A stretch of DNA of 64,000 nucleotides, taken from contig JAYGDX010000141.1 in NCBI GenBank assembly GCA_046582655.1, forward strand, positions 1 through 64,000. The letters run 5' to 3'. The notes beneath the pieces were generated by a model. The model saw nothing but the letters and a program-made list of their open reading frames with translations. It did not search any database and was not told the DNA's origin. This stretch comes from Candidatus Poribacteria bacterium. Lineage in GTDB: Bacteria; Poribacteria; WGA-4E; UBA9662. Both the position numbers and the translations under genes were made by a program. Positions 9,444 through 19,925 of this stretch are shown piece by piece (positions within the stretch are counted from its first letter, which is position 1; every line of letters begins with the position of its first letter).

Positions 9444-10075
9444 GATTTCTGTCCATTAAACAATGTGACAATTTCTTTTTTTATAGAAGTATATACCTGA
9501 TCTTCATCCTGTTCAGCAGGAATAACCTTGATCCGATCGGGTTCCTGATCGGCCATTTCAAGATATCCCTGCCGAATTCGTTGATGAAACTCGGATTTCT
9601 CACGTTCCAATCGATCGAAGCCTTGACCTCTTTTTCCCGCTCGTTTCAGCCCGATATCTACCGGTAAGTCAAGCAGAAAAGTGATATCCGGTACGGTTCC
9701 GTTGGTTGCTATTCGGTTCAAGCTCCGAATGAGATTGATATCCAATCCACGACCATAGCCCTGATATGCAAGCGAAGCATCAGCAAATCGATCTGATATT
9801 GCAACCTTTCCCTCCTCTAGGGCGGGGATAATTTTTTCCAAAACGTGCTGGGTGCGTGAGGCGGCATATAATAGCAATTCAGTGGTTGATTTCATGGCAG
9901 TATTTTCAGGATCTAGGAGGAGCGACCGAATCTGCTCAGAGATCGCTGTTCCACCTGGTTCTCGGGTGACAATTACTGAATATCGCTGAATCGCTAAATC
10001 TGCCGACAAGCGTTGAATCTGCGTGGTTTTCCCAGATCCCTCAGTACCTTCAAAAGTAACAAAAACACCCCGCAC
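9440..10075 (-). CDS. tmk: Thymidylate kinase
   Basis: FEGTEGSGKTTQ, TREPGGT, ISDRFADASLAYQG; GTG start at 10075 after GGAGG. Confidence 0.97.
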   Translation of the reverse strand: MRGVFVTFEGTEGSGKTTQIQRLSADLAIQRYSVIVTREPGGTAISEQIRSLLLDPENTAMKSTTELLLYAASRTQHVLEKIIPALEEGKVAISDRFADASLAYQGYGRGLDINLIRSLNRIATNGTVPDITFLLDLPVDIGLKRAGKRGQGFDRLEREKSEFHQRIRQGYLEMADQEPDRIKVIPAEQDEDQVYTSIKKEIVTLFNGQKS

Positions 10076-10118
10076 GACACCTCCATAATTTAACCAAATG
10101 ATCCTATTTCGATTGGTT

Positions 10119-10147
10119 ATAGTACCGTGATTAAAACAACCTGTCAA
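10119..10147 (-). promoter_or_regulatory. Sigma70 promoter of tmk-holB
   Basis: Minus strand TTGACA-17 nt-TACTAT. Confidence 0.7.
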
Positions 10148-10158
10148 ACATTTTGCTG

Positions 10159-10187
10159 TTGCTCTCCATTATAATCTTTGCTACACT
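10159..10187 (+). promoter_or_regulatory. Sigma70 promoter of the GT4 gene (probably leaderless)
   Basis: TTGCTC-17 nt-TACACT with extended -10 TG; GTG start 7 nt downstream, no RBS. Confidence 0.5.
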
Positions 10188-10193
10188 TTCAAC

Positions 10194-11351
10194 GTGCGAA
10201 TTCTGATGTTCAACTACGAATTTCCCCCGATCGGTGGTGGTGGTGGTTGGGTCAGTTATTTTCTTGGTAAACACTTAGCCGCATCAGGTCATCAAGTTCA
10301 TTTAATTACTTCACGATTCGAAAATTTGCCTAAGCATGAAGTTATTGAAAATATAACTGTTGATCGGGTACCTGTACTTCGGAAACGAAAAGACGTCTGT
10401 GCCATTCACGAGATGATGACCTACGCCATAAGCTCAACAATCCATGGCTTTCGCGTTGCCAACCAGTTTCAACCCGATGTGGTTCAAGTTTTTTTTGGCA
10501 TTCCGTCCGGTGGATGTGCCTATTTGTTAGAAAAGATGGACAATGTACCTTACGTTGTTTTTCTGGGTGGTAGAGATGTTCCCCGCCCAAACCCGGATCC
10601 ACCCTACTACCGATGGCTCTACTTGATTTTATCACCGATTATCCAGTCGATTTGGCGGTCAGCAACCGCAGTTGTCGCCTGCAGTAACGGACTACGAGAA
10701 CTTGCCTACCAAACGGATCAATCAATAAAAATAGATGTGATTCCGGATGGTCTTGATCTAAATCGTTTTTTTTCGGTTGAGCGTAATCCGTGTTCTTCAC
10801 CTGTTAAGATCTTGACCGTCGGTCGATTGATTCCACGCAAGGGTTTTCAGTTTCTTATTCAAGCGTTGCCAGATGTCTGCAAACAGGTAAACGCCGACTT
10901 TCGCATTCAGATTGCTGGTGATGGTCCCTACCGATCAGAACTAGTTAAATTGGCAGGAAGCTTAAACGTCAGCGATAAAATTGATTTTCTTGGCTCAATT
11001 GATTACGCTAACCTGCCACAGAAATACCACGAAGCCGATATTTTTTCCCTCTGTTCACTTGCAGAGGGAATGCCCTTGGTCGTTCTTGAAGCTATGGGAA
11101 CGGGGTTACCGATCGTTGCCAGTCGAGTACAGGGAATCACAGATCTCGTAGAAGTTGGCACTAACGGTGAACTGTTCGATCCCGGCGATGTCAATCAACT
11201 TGTCAAGCATTTGGTCAGACTGATTGATGATGGCGAACAACGAGTTAAGATGGGACAAAAGAGTACTGAGTTAGCCCAAGGATATGATTGGGAAAATATT
11301 GCCCAATCATATTTGGAACTTTATGAAAAGGTAGTCAGAATTGAAAAATAA
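10194..11351 (+). CDS. Glycosyltransferase family 4
   Basis: NYEFPPIGGG, VGRLIPRKG, EGMPLVVLEAM (EX7E). Confidence 0.93.
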   Translation: MRILMFNYEFPPIGGGGGWVSYFLGKHLAASGHQVHLITSRFENLPKHEVIENITVDRVPVLRKRKDVCAIHEMMTYAISSTIHGFRVANQFQPDVVQVFFGIPSGGCAYLLEKMDNVPYVVFLGGRDVPRPNPDPPYYRWLYLILSPIIQSIWRSATAVVACSNGLRELAYQTDQSIKIDVIPDGLDLNRFFSVERNPCSSPVKILTVGRLIPRKGFQFLIQALPDVCKQVNADFRIQIAGDGPYRSELVKLAGSLNVSDKIDFLGSIDYANLPQKYHEADIFSLCSLAEGMPLVVLEAMGTGLPIVASRVQGITDLVEVGTNGELFDPGDVNQLVKHLVRLIDDGEQRVKMGQKSTELAQGYDWENIAQSYLELYEKVVRIEK

Positions 11352-11583
11352 CAAGTCGAATGATCATGACGAACGCATTCCATTAGCACGTCAAATTCTT
11401 GCCGATCTTAATTTTAAAGATGTGCAGCTTTCTCATCACGGATCTATCTTGCGTATAAAAGTTGCTGATGCTGGTTTTGAACCAGCTATCGATATTCGGG
11501 AAGAGCTTGTCAGACAGATTAAAGAGATTGGTTATCATTTTGTTACTCTTGACATGGATGATGAGAATCCGGAGGAAGAATGA
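11341..11583 (+). CDS. Small protein resembling the LarE (TIGR00268) C-terminal domain
   Basis: ILADLNFKDVQLSHHGSILRIKV...LVRQIKEIGYHFVTLDMD. Confidence 0.65.
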   Translation: MKNNKSNDHDERIPLARQILADLNFKDVQLSHHGSILRIKVADAGFEPAIDIREELVRQIKEIGYHFVTLDMDDENPEEE

Positions 11584-11772
11584 AAAACCGGGAAACCAAA
11601 CTCACAGCATAGCAATGATCAAATTACAACCAGAAGACCACAGAACAAAGATAGAGTGGACTAGTTGTCGTGAACAAGCGAGATGAATTTAGTGTGGCCT
11701 CAACCCATGAGAGTTTCGATTATGCTGTATGGACACCAGCTATATGCGAAGTTCGTCAGGTACAGGTTGTTC

Positions 11773-12792
11773 TCAATGACCTCTCTCCAGTTCCCGCTGA
11801 ATTGCTTCAATTCTTGAATCCAGATTACTAAAATCTGGTGGCAAGTACTGTCGTAGTTCTTGCCAATCATGCTGTAATTGGTTTTCATTATTAGATTTTA
11901 GCATCCGCTCCGAAAACTCGTAGATCTCTTGTAAAACCCACTCGTGAATATAGTAACTGAACAATTTTAAGTCTAAAGTGTCAGTTTGAAAATGTCGGAG
12001 GTAAACCGACAAAAAGAGATCGAATCGCTCTCCAGTAAACGTTGTCAGATCTCTCTCCGGTGTTCCCAGAGCCATGTTGTCCCAATCAATAAGATAAATT
12101 CCTCCTCTATTCCAGACCAGATTTCCCGATGTGGGATCCCCATGCGTGATGACCGTCGTTTTGATTCCAGACTGAGCATATTGCACCAAATCTTCGAAGC
12201 GAGAGATCAAGCTTGTAACTAGAGACTGTTCTTGTTTCAAAGCATCGATCAACAACTGATGGTAACTATGAGTTGGTGAGAAAGTATTAATATCTTGATA
12301 AATTTTTTGGATACCACTACAGAATGGACGTGTGAAGTCTTCTTTTGGAATGACAGGATAATCGACAGTAATCGCGTGTAGATGGGCGATCATTTGTGCA
12401 ACAGACCGCAATTGATCGCCAGAAAAATCCTGATCTTTTTGCCAGAGTTGCCAACGTGAAATACCATCAATAAAGGGGAAAAGTGCAACAAGGTAGTAAG
12501 AACTTAGATCCGCTTGGAATCGACAGGTCAAATCCCCACCGTTTGTCAGGATTGGAGCAACAACGTTAGGGAGAAAATTTCGTAGTTTGACCGAGATTTC
12601 CATCTTATGCTGGAGATCAACAACGGGATCAATGTAAACCTTTACCACATATTGATCCGAAGAAGATATAGCATGATAAATGTAACTGCATTCCCCTTCC
12701 GGAATGAACGACAGACTGACAAAATCGATTTCGTACGTCTGACGAAGAAAAGTCAAAAATTGTTGTTGATCAAAGTTGGGAGAAGTCTTCAA
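11773..12792 (-). CDS. Aminoglycoside phosphotransferase / choline-kinase-fold kinase
   Basis: VVKVY, ITHGDPTSGN, LIDWD...PERDL. Confidence 0.85.
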   Translation of the reverse strand: MKTSPNFDQQQFLTFLRQTYEIDFVSLSFIPEGECSYIYHAISSSDQYVVKVYIDPVVDLQHKMEISVKLRNFLPNVVAPILTNGGDLTCRFQADLSSYYLVALFPFIDGISRWQLWQKDQDFSGDQLRSVAQMIAHLHAITVDYPVIPKEDFTRPFCSGIQKIYQDINTFSPTHSYHQLLIDALKQEQSLVTSLISRFEDLVQYAQSGIKTTVITHGDPTSGNLVWNRGGIYLIDWDNMALGTPERDLTTFTGERFDLFLSVYLRHFQTDTLDLKLFSYYIHEWVLQEIYEFSERMLKSNNENQLQHDWQELRQYLPPDFSNLDSRIEAIQRELERGH

Positions 12793-12823
12793 TTACCCTT
12801 CCTCTCATTTAATTGTTCTGTGT

Positions 12824-13660
12824 TTAAATGAGTTCTCCCCAATCGGGGTGGAGGCTTAGTCGCTTCTCCATACTCCGAAACGCGTTCATCGAACGCTGAA
12901 GATAGGTGTAAACATCTCCACCAAGACCGTATCCCTGAAACCCGATACGCCCTGCATATCCATATCGATTGAGAAGACCAAACAAAGAGAAGTTGTCCAT
13001 TTCACCACTATCAAGAGGTTCGATAGTGCAACCTGCGATGTTACCACCTCTACGTGAACCACACATGTTCACCGAGTGTAAATAAGGGATTGCGCTTGAT
13101 ATAGATTGGGGAAGATTACTTCCCGCAACTGCATACCAATGAAAGCCGCAGAAGACTAATTTCAAAGAAGAATGTTCCATCTTTTGGCAAAGCCTTACAC
13201 CATCCTCAACATGTTCTAGCCAAGCACCAAAGTGTGGGTAAAGGCAAATACGAGCTTGCTGTTTTTCAGCAATTTCAAGCAAAGGTTTCAGCCTCTCAAT
13301 CGCCAAGTGATCGACATCTATCGACGAAGGTTTTATGGATTGATCACTGGTAACCAGTGTCAATTCTAAGTCGCAACCGTATGGCAGTTGTTGAAATAGC
13401 TCCGAGACTTCATGATTTTTGGGGTCATCCTTCGTAGTGGCAACATCAAGGCCAGCATAGGCGGCCACAACCTCTAAGCCATATTGATTCTTGGTAGCTG
13501 CCATCTTGTCGGCATGATGAAGACCATCCGTTTGTAGGGAAACATAAATCGCGTCAAAACCTAACTCTACCAAGATTTCACAACGAACATCATAGGGATA
13601 AGTACCAGCAATCGAGTTATGAAAGCAGGTATCCATAGCAAAGACCGGATGCTTTCTCAT
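12824..13660 (-). CDS. Xylose-isomerase-like TIM barrel (sugar phosphate isomerase/epimerase family)
   Basis: ICLYPHFGAW, VFCGFHW, IEPLDSGEMD, GYAGRIGFQGY. Confidence 0.8.
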   Translation of the reverse strand: MRKHPVFAMDTCFHNSIAGTYPYDVRCEILVELGFDAIYVSLQTDGLHHADKMAATKNQYGLEVVAAYAGLDVATTKDDPKNHEVSELFQQLPYGCDLELTLVTSDQSIKPSSIDVDHLAIERLKPLLEIAEKQQARICLYPHFGAWLEHVEDGVRLCQKMEHSSLKLVFCGFHWYAVAGSNLPQSISSAIPYLHSVNMCGSRRGGNIAGCTIEPLDSGEMDNFSLFGLLNRYGYAGRIGFQGYGLGGDVYTYLQRSMNAFRSMEKRLSLHPDWGELI

Positions 13661-14748
13661 AAATCCTCCAATCTAACTGATTGTGACCGTCTGTTTCTGA
13701 CACAATCATAAACGGCTCGAAGACAATTAAAATTAAAAACTGCCCGTTCGTTCAGCACAGCAGGAGACGGTTGCCCATTGATAGATTGAAAAAAGTAGAA
13801 CAATGGTCTCTCAAGCATTTGGGGAGCGTTTTCATCTTGCACATACGGCACATGTTGGGATCCAACCATTCCTTGATCATTATAATAGTATGTTAAACCA
13901 TCCTGATCAAGCCAATCGAATTCCACTGCACCTTCAGTACCTTGAAATTCAAATTGTTTGGTTGAAGATGCGTATGCAGGATGACCACGCTCAAAACTAA
14001 CTGATACCTGACTTCCATCTTGACAATGATAAATCATCGAAGCCCCGATGTGAAACTCAACATCCAAGACCGCACCTTCAGGAAGAACTGCATCCGATAC
14101 CGGTGGCGCCATCCAAGCATGAAGCACGTCCACCTGAATTGGCTGCAAAATATCGTTGATGGCCGTCATATCATAAGGCCCCCAATCCATCAAGACGCCA
14201 CCGCCACTCTGTTGACTGTCAAAGCACCAAGATCGGTTGGATCCAACAACAACACCGGATCTCGATCCTTGACCTCGGTAAAGCCATCTGACATGATAAA
14301 GCCTACCGAGCTTTTGTTCCTCCACCCAAGATTTCATGGTTTCAGTAACATGATGTCCTATAAACCTTGAACTACAACATCCAAGTAATCTTTCAGTCTC
14401 TTGAGCTTTAGCCAACATAGAGCGAGACTCCCCTTGATTCATGGCTAACGGTTTTTCGCATAGCACGTGCCGATTTGATTCCAAGGCTTGCACAGTTATG
14501 GCACAATGCGAAACAGGTGGAGTACACACAATCACAAAGTCATTTTCCCGTGCAGGTTCTGCTAACATCGCTGTTGTATCCTGATGCGGGATGACCTGTG
14601 GAAATCTCTCCTTAAACTGTTGAAGCACAATCGGATTATTGTCGGAAACGTGGGTTTCTACTTCATCGATTGGCAGTTTACTGATGGTTTGAACGTGAGA
14701 ATTAGCGATACTACCCGCTCCGATAATATAGATTCTCCTTTTTGACAT
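13657..14748 (-). CDS. Gfo/Idh/MocA oxidoreductase
   Basis: IIGAGSIA, VLCEKPLA, GGGVLMDWGPY. Confidence 0.92.
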   Translation of the reverse strand: MSKRRIYIIGAGSIANSHVQTISKLPIDEVETHVSDNNPIVLQQFKERFPQVIPHQDTTAMLAEPARENDFVIVCTPPVSHCAITVQALESNRHVLCEKPLAMNQGESRSMLAKAQETERLLGCCSSRFIGHHVTETMKSWVEEQKLGRLYHVRWLYRGQGSRSGVVVGSNRSWCFDSQQSGGGVLMDWGPYDMTAINDILQPIQVDVLHAWMAPPVSDAVLPEGAVLDVEFHIGASMIYHCQDGSQVSVSFERGHPAYASSTKQFEFQGTEGAVEFDWLDQDGLTYYYNDQGMVGSQHVPYVQDENAPQMLERPLFYFFQSINGQPSPAVLNERAVFNFNCLRAVYDCVRNRRSQSVRLEDL

Positions 14749-15021
14749 ACATCTTCTCCATGATGATCCTGTTTTCTGAATTAAGTTCTTCTAGTGTACT
14801 CGAAGTGTATTCAAAAATTATTGTCGTATTGTAAATACGGTTGAGATAAAAATATAATTCATCGGTTAGACACGGAGGTTATTTAATCAGAATAATCTGG
14901 TAGCAAATGGCAGGAAACTTAAAAACAGGCATTGAATGGGCAAGAAATCAGCAAAGCTGCTTCAAAAACAATACTAAATGATTATTTAGAACGATCAAAC
15001 ACCAAGGGGCGAAAACACGCC

Positions 15022-15303
15022 TTACTGGAGATCAGGTTTTTGGATGATCCCCAAATCATCACGAACCTTCTTAGCATTCTCACTCTCAGGGTCATCCGGT
15101 TTTTTTATTAATTCGTGGACCTGCGCCTGCAGAATTTCTAATTCAGCAACTTCAACTTGATGATTATTAAATCTGTAATTGTCCCAATTCGATTGTTCGG
15201 ACTCGGTAGTTATGTTACCTATCAGCGAGTTATTATCCTGACAACCGAGAAGGAAAACAAGAGCAATAATACACAATTTCATAACTAATAAGAGTGTTTT
15301 CAT
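15022..15303 (-). CDS. Hypothetical lipoprotein
   Basis: Signal peptide with LLGC lipobox; AGGAGG RBS. Confidence 0.7.
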   Translation of the reverse strand: MKTLLLVMKLCIIALVFLLGCQDNNSLIGNITTESEQSNWDNYRFNNHQVEVAELEILQAQVHELIKKPDDPESENAKKVRDDLGIIQKPDLQ

Positions 15304-15685
15304 ATCTAAACCTCCTACTCTTGGTTCAGATTTTATCCTAATTTAACACTTTTATACAACTATAGTTGTAATAGAGAATAGTGACTATTCAAAAAATATG
15401 GATAAATTTAATCGTCATGCCACCTGTACTGAAACTGTTGTCGGTTATCACAATCTCAATTAGATCTACCTAATGAGTTCTAGGCATGGCCTTTCCTTTC
15501 AGAGCTTGTAGTAACTAAATCTAAGATCGTAAATTTTGGTTGTGTGTTTCCCTAAAACACTGTATGATGTGAAACAATATTTTAATAGAACCAAAGTCTA
15601 AAGATCTACATCCCAATCTGTATCGTTGAAAGTTTCTATTCTTGGAATCAATCAAATACATTAAGTCAGGGCTTTTAATAATTAC

Positions 15686-16894
15686 GTGACGGGAGGAGAA
15701 AAATTTACCCGTCAATCACTAATCCTACCTGTATATCTTCCTGCTTTTTTACTTTCCTTTGGTAACGGAGTGGTCGCTCCAACACTCAGCCTGTACATAA
15801 AATCGTTTGACCTTTCCTATACTATGACAACCTTCGTTATCGCTATCTCTGTTGTTGGGAATATTCCTGCTGGTATTTTGTTAGAGCGGATTGGTCGAAA
15901 GTCAGCTATGTTAATCGGCGCAATCGTACTTTCAATATCAACTCTTGGAATTGGATTTGCCCACCATGTTGCAGAACTGATTATCTACCAATTAATAGGT
16001 GGAATTGGAATTGCCCTATGGGGGATTTCTCGACATGCTTATATGACAGATGTCATTCCTGTGGAGGAACGAGGTAGATCAATAGCATTGTTTGGAGGAA
16101 TCAACCGTATCGGAACATTCACGGGGCAAGTTGCTTCAATCTTCTTGGGGACTAGTTTACGAACCCCATTCTTCGTCTATACGGTAGCTTCGGTTTTAAC
16201 CGCATTTCTCTGTGCCTTTTTTATTGTTGAAACCCAACGAGACATGAAGATAAAACATCTGTCTTCATCCCATATGAAACGATTATTAGTTCTGCTGAAG
16301 GCAAATTATAAATTGTTGACAACCGCAGGAATCGGACAAATTTGTGTTCAGACAATCCGCAGAGGAAGAACAATCATCATTCCACTCTATGCAAGCAAGG
16401 TGATTGAATTAACACCTCAAAGTATCAGATTTATTGTCATGTTTTCTTCGGCCGTGGATATGTTAATGTTTCCTATTGCAGGATTTATCATGGATAAATT
16501 GGGTAGAAAGTATGCAATAGTACCTGGTTTCACCATTTTTGCCACCGGTATATTCATTATGCGATACACCAATAGTTTTACTTTTTTGCTCATTGCTGCA
16601 ATTATAATAGGTTTTGGAAATGGGCTGTGTTCGGGCACAATGATGACACTTGGCGCGGATTTAGCACCTTCCACCAGTGTCGGAGAGTTCCTGAGCATGT
16701 GGCGTCTCATCGGTAATTTCGGTGGTGCTGTGGGGCCATTGGTGGTTGGGAACATCGCGGATATCTGGGATTTAAAAATATCCTGTCTTGCTTTAGCCGG
16801 AATCGGTTATACTGCCGTTTTAATTTTCTTGGTCATGGTACCGGAAACCTTAAAACTGAATAACAACAACCATGACCTCAAAAATAAGAGTTAA
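15686..16894 (+). CDS. MFS transporter
   Basis: About 12 hydrophobic segments; GILLERIGRK and GFIMDKLGRK motif A. Confidence 0.92.
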   Translation: MTGGEKFTRQSLILPVYLPAFLLSFGNGVVAPTLSLYIKSFDLSYTMTTFVIAISVVGNIPAGILLERIGRKSAMLIGAIVLSISTLGIGFAHHVAELIIYQLIGGIGIALWGISRHAYMTDVIPVEERGRSIALFGGINRIGTFTGQVASIFLGTSLRTPFFVYTVASVLTAFLCAFFIVETQRDMKIKHLSSSHMKRLLVLLKANYKLLTTAGIGQICVQTIRRGRTIIIPLYASKVIELTPQSIRFIVMFSSAVDMLMFPIAGFIMDKLGRKYAIVPGFTIFATGIFIMRYTNSFTFLLIAAIIIGFGNGLCSGTMMTLGADLAPSTSVGEFLSMWRLIGNFGGAVGPLVVGNIADIWDLKISCLALAGIGYTAVLIFLVMVPETLKLNNNNHDLKNKS

Positions 16895-17036
16895 ATCAAA
16901 AAGTTTGGTTTTTTGTTGAATTGACTAGCTGGTACCAATTCAATGGAAAATGTGATAATACTCATATCAAACATGGAAAATAAATTGTATAATAAATATT
17001 TGATTGAGAGGACTATCCAAACGGAGAAGATTAATC

Positions 17037-17810
17037 ATGAGATTCGGTGTGTGTGCTCCCTTGGAAAAGGTGGATGTACTGACTGATGTCGGTTATGACT
17101 ATATTGAATTAATCGTTCAGAACGAACTGATGCCCGAGGCGGATGATACGGAGTTCCAACAGACCTGTGACCGTGTAGCGGAGGCTGCCATCAAGCCGGA
17201 GGCTTATGCCTATTTCATCCCCGGTTACCTACGTGTAGTTGGAGATACAGTTGACCTTCCTCGCCTATCCGATTATGTCGAAACTGCCTGTCGGAGAGCA
17301 AAAGCGATTGGTGGAGAAATCATTGTTTATGGCAGTTGTCACTCCCGTAACCTTCAGCCAAGCGATTCATACCAAACGGCGTTAGATCAAATAGCCGAGT
17401 TTCTAGATATGGCGGCTGGGCATGCGGAGGAACACGGTATTACAATCGTTATCGAACCAATCTGCCACCTAGAAGGAAACATCATTCGGACAGTAGCCGA
17501 AGGTTTAGAAATGGCTAAACGTGTGAATCGTAAGGGAATTAAACTGTTAGCTGATCTTTATCACGTTTGGCAAGAAAACGAACCAATGGATAATATCCTA
17601 GAAGCGGCTGAATGGTTAGCACATGTCCACATCGCTGAACCAGTTAAACGTTCCTATCCTGGTAATGATGATTTCGATTTCGGTGATTTCTTTACAGTCT
17701 TGAAAAAGGCTGGTTACCATGGCCGTGTTTCCTGCGAATGCAGTTTTGATAATTTCGATCTAAATGTGGAAACAGCCTTACAAACTATGAAAACATACGC
17801 TGATATTTAA
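17037..17810 (+). CDS. Sugar phosphate isomerase/epimerase (ketose 3-epimerase-like TIM barrel)
   Basis: VIEPI, LADLYH, AHVHIAE, SCEC metal ligands; ATG 17037 after GGAG. Confidence 0.88.
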   Translation: MRFGVCAPLEKVDVLTDVGYDYIELIVQNELMPEADDTEFQQTCDRVAEAAIKPEAYAYFIPGYLRVVGDTVDLPRLSDYVETACRRAKAIGGEIIVYGSCHSRNLQPSDSYQTALDQIAEFLDMAAGHAEEHGITIVIEPICHLEGNIIRTVAEGLEMAKRVNRKGIKLLADLYHVWQENEPMDNILEAAEWLAHVHIAEPVKRSYPGNDDFDFGDFFTVLKKAGYHGRVSCECSFDNFDLNVETALQTMKTYADI

Positions 17811-17825
17811 AAAAGGTGCGGACGA

Positions 17826-18485
17826 ATGAAGATTCAATTGTTTAATGGTAAAAATTTGGATGATTGGCTACCACGTGGAGAGCACTCCCAACACCAGTGG
17901 GATGTCGTTGGCCATGTCGGTTTAGATGCACAGAATCCCAAACAGTTCACTATTGAAACGGGAGAAGGAGTTTTTTATAATGGTTCAACCGGACGAACGG
18001 TAGATCTTTATACCGAGTACCAACATGGTGATTGTGAATTACATATTGAGTTTGTTGTACCTCAGGGATCCAATTCCGGTGTATACTTCATGACTAAATA
18101 CGAAATTCAGGTTCTTGATAGTTGGGGAGAAACGGATCTAAAATTCGAGACATGCGGCGGTGTTTATGCCCGATGGATCAATGAGCAGTCGGTAGGTGGG
18201 GCTCCTCCCCGAATCAATATGAGCAAACCTCCTGGTGAGTGGCAGACATATGACATTGTTTTTAAAGCACCTCGCTTTGACCAAGCAGGCAGTAAAACGG
18301 ATAATGCGAAGTTTGTAAAAGTCATCTGGAATGGGGAAGTTGTACACGAGAATGTTGAAATCGATGGCCCCACGCGTGCCGCCATGCCGGGTGAAGAAAC
18401 AGCCAAGGCGCCGTTGATGTTGCAGGGCGATCATGGCCCTGTGGCTTACCGCAATGTCATATTGCGACCATTGGACGATAAATAG
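17826..18485 (+). CDS. DUF1080 (3-keto-disaccharide hydrolase family)
   Basis: LFNGKNLDDW, GSNSGVYF..YEIQVLDS, GEWQTYDI, LQGDHGPVAYRNV. Confidence 0.92.
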   Translation: MKIQLFNGKNLDDWLPRGEHSQHQWDVVGHVGLDAQNPKQFTIETGEGVFYNGSTGRTVDLYTEYQHGDCELHIEFVVPQGSNSGVYFMTKYEIQVLDSWGETDLKFETCGGVYARWINEQSVGGAPPRINMSKPPGEWQTYDIVFKAPRFDQAGSKTDNAKFVKVIWNGEVVHENVEIDGPTRAAMPGEETAKAPLMLQGDHGPVAYRNVILRPLDDK

Positions 18486-18535
18486 CCTGTTTTAACTAAC
18501 CTAATTATCATAAATGCCACTTTGAATGCAGGCAC

Positions 18536-19453
18536 CTATTGTTTGTCAGCACGTCTAGTGTCGTGTTTATTGACTATGTAAATTCCGAAAGCGACAAGAC
18601 CTGCTCCAATAATTAGACTTGGACTGACTTCGTCGTCCAAAAGTAAATAGCTGAGTAATACCCCAAAAAGTGGTGTGGTGAAAAATAAGACCACCAACTT
18701 ACTTGGGCTATATTTTTTCAGAATCGATGTCCAGCTAACAAAACAGAATCCTGCTACAACCAATCCTTGGTAAAGAATAGCCATAACACCGGAAACAGAC
18801 AACTGGTAGCTTACCCCGCGTTCTAAAAAGAAACTTAACCCGAAAAAACATGGCAAGCTAAAAATCATCATCCAGATTAAAAGGCGGCACGGATGAATAA
18901 ACTGTACCAATCGTTTAGTTGCAACCACTCGAAGTCCTAACAAACAACCACTAGCCAAAACAACCAGATCACCAAACAAAGAAACTTGTACCTCAGATTG
19001 CAAATTTTTTCCGAACGTCAATAGTACACCACAAAAAGCGAGCACAATACCAACCGTTTTGGTGAAATACAATCGATCACCAGGTATCCAAAAATGCGCA
19101 AATAAAGCCGTAAAAAACGGATATATGCTAATCAGGATCGTAGAACGTGATGCGTTGGTAAACTGGGTGCCAACATTCAATGAAATGATCTGCAATAGAA
19201 AAATTACAGACAAACATGTTAGCGGAACAAACTCTCCTGAATTCATAGCAATCCGAATACGCTGGGTAACTGACCAGCATCCAACGGCAAGAAGACCTAG
19301 AAGGAATCGAAAACCTGCCAGTGCCAGCGGAGGAATATCCTGTAATCCGATTTTAATTGAGACTGAATTACCACCCCAAAGCAAAGCGAGCAGTATCACA
19401 AAGATGATGATTTTTGTATCTGGTTGCTGATTGGCAATTTCAGATGTTTTCAT
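18536..19453 (-). CDS. DMT/EamA family transporter
   Basis: LLWGGN..IKIGLQDIPPLALAGFRF; two EamA repeats, about 10 TM. Confidence 0.92.
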   Translation of the reverse strand: MKTSEIANQQPDTKIIIFVILLALLWGGNSVSIKIGLQDIPPLALAGFRFLLGLLAVGCWSVTQRIRIAMNSGEFVPLTCLSVIFLLQIISLNVGTQFTNASRSTILISIYPFFTALFAHFWIPGDRLYFTKTVGIVLAFCGVLLTFGKNLQSEVQVSLFGDLVVLASGCLLGLRVVATKRLVQFIHPCRLLIWMMIFSLPCFFGLSFFLERGVSYQLSVSGVMAILYQGLVVAGFCFVSWTSILKKYSPSKLVVLFFTTPLFGVLLSYLLLDDEVSPSLIIGAGLVAFGIYIVNKHDTRRADKQ

Positions 19454-19925
19454 GATTTCGTCCAATAGACGCTTTTCTTATATAAAAATTGGGCTAAACA
19501 GACACAGTATATCCACGATTTCAAACATTGAGTTGGAGGTTATGATGCCTTGATTTTGGTGACAAAACGCTATTTGGAATGCTCTCTTAACCTAATTTGA
19601 CCATGCAATCCATCACCAGTTGAGTCTTCTTAATAATAACAGAATATCAGCCGATGTGCGTATCAGTATCTAAGTCACAAGACACTTGAATTGAATCCAT
19701 GTTTAATCATATAATGCATGTTCGGTGGTTTCAGGACACTCATCTCATTTATAATCTATATGCCTGTTGCTTATCTTGATTAATTGTAGGATTCAGATCT
19801 AGTGATTCAATAACTAAGTGTAAACCACTAAATATTCAAATAACCTCACTTGGTAACTTAGGATAGGGGGTAAACTGCTTCTTGCCAATTTATTTCGATA
19901 TAAAGGAAACATCAGGAGTAAAATT

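Noticed and set aside
11773..12792. Antibiotic-resistance aminoglycoside phosphotransferase
   Set aside because: Only generic APH-fold motifs; it lies in a sugar-metabolism operon with no mobile context.
19466..19925. Riboswitch or sRNA in long intergenic regions (also 14749-15021, 15304-15685, 52515-52752)
   Set aside because: AT-rich promoter-type regions; no conserved riboswitch motif or strong stem recognised by eye.
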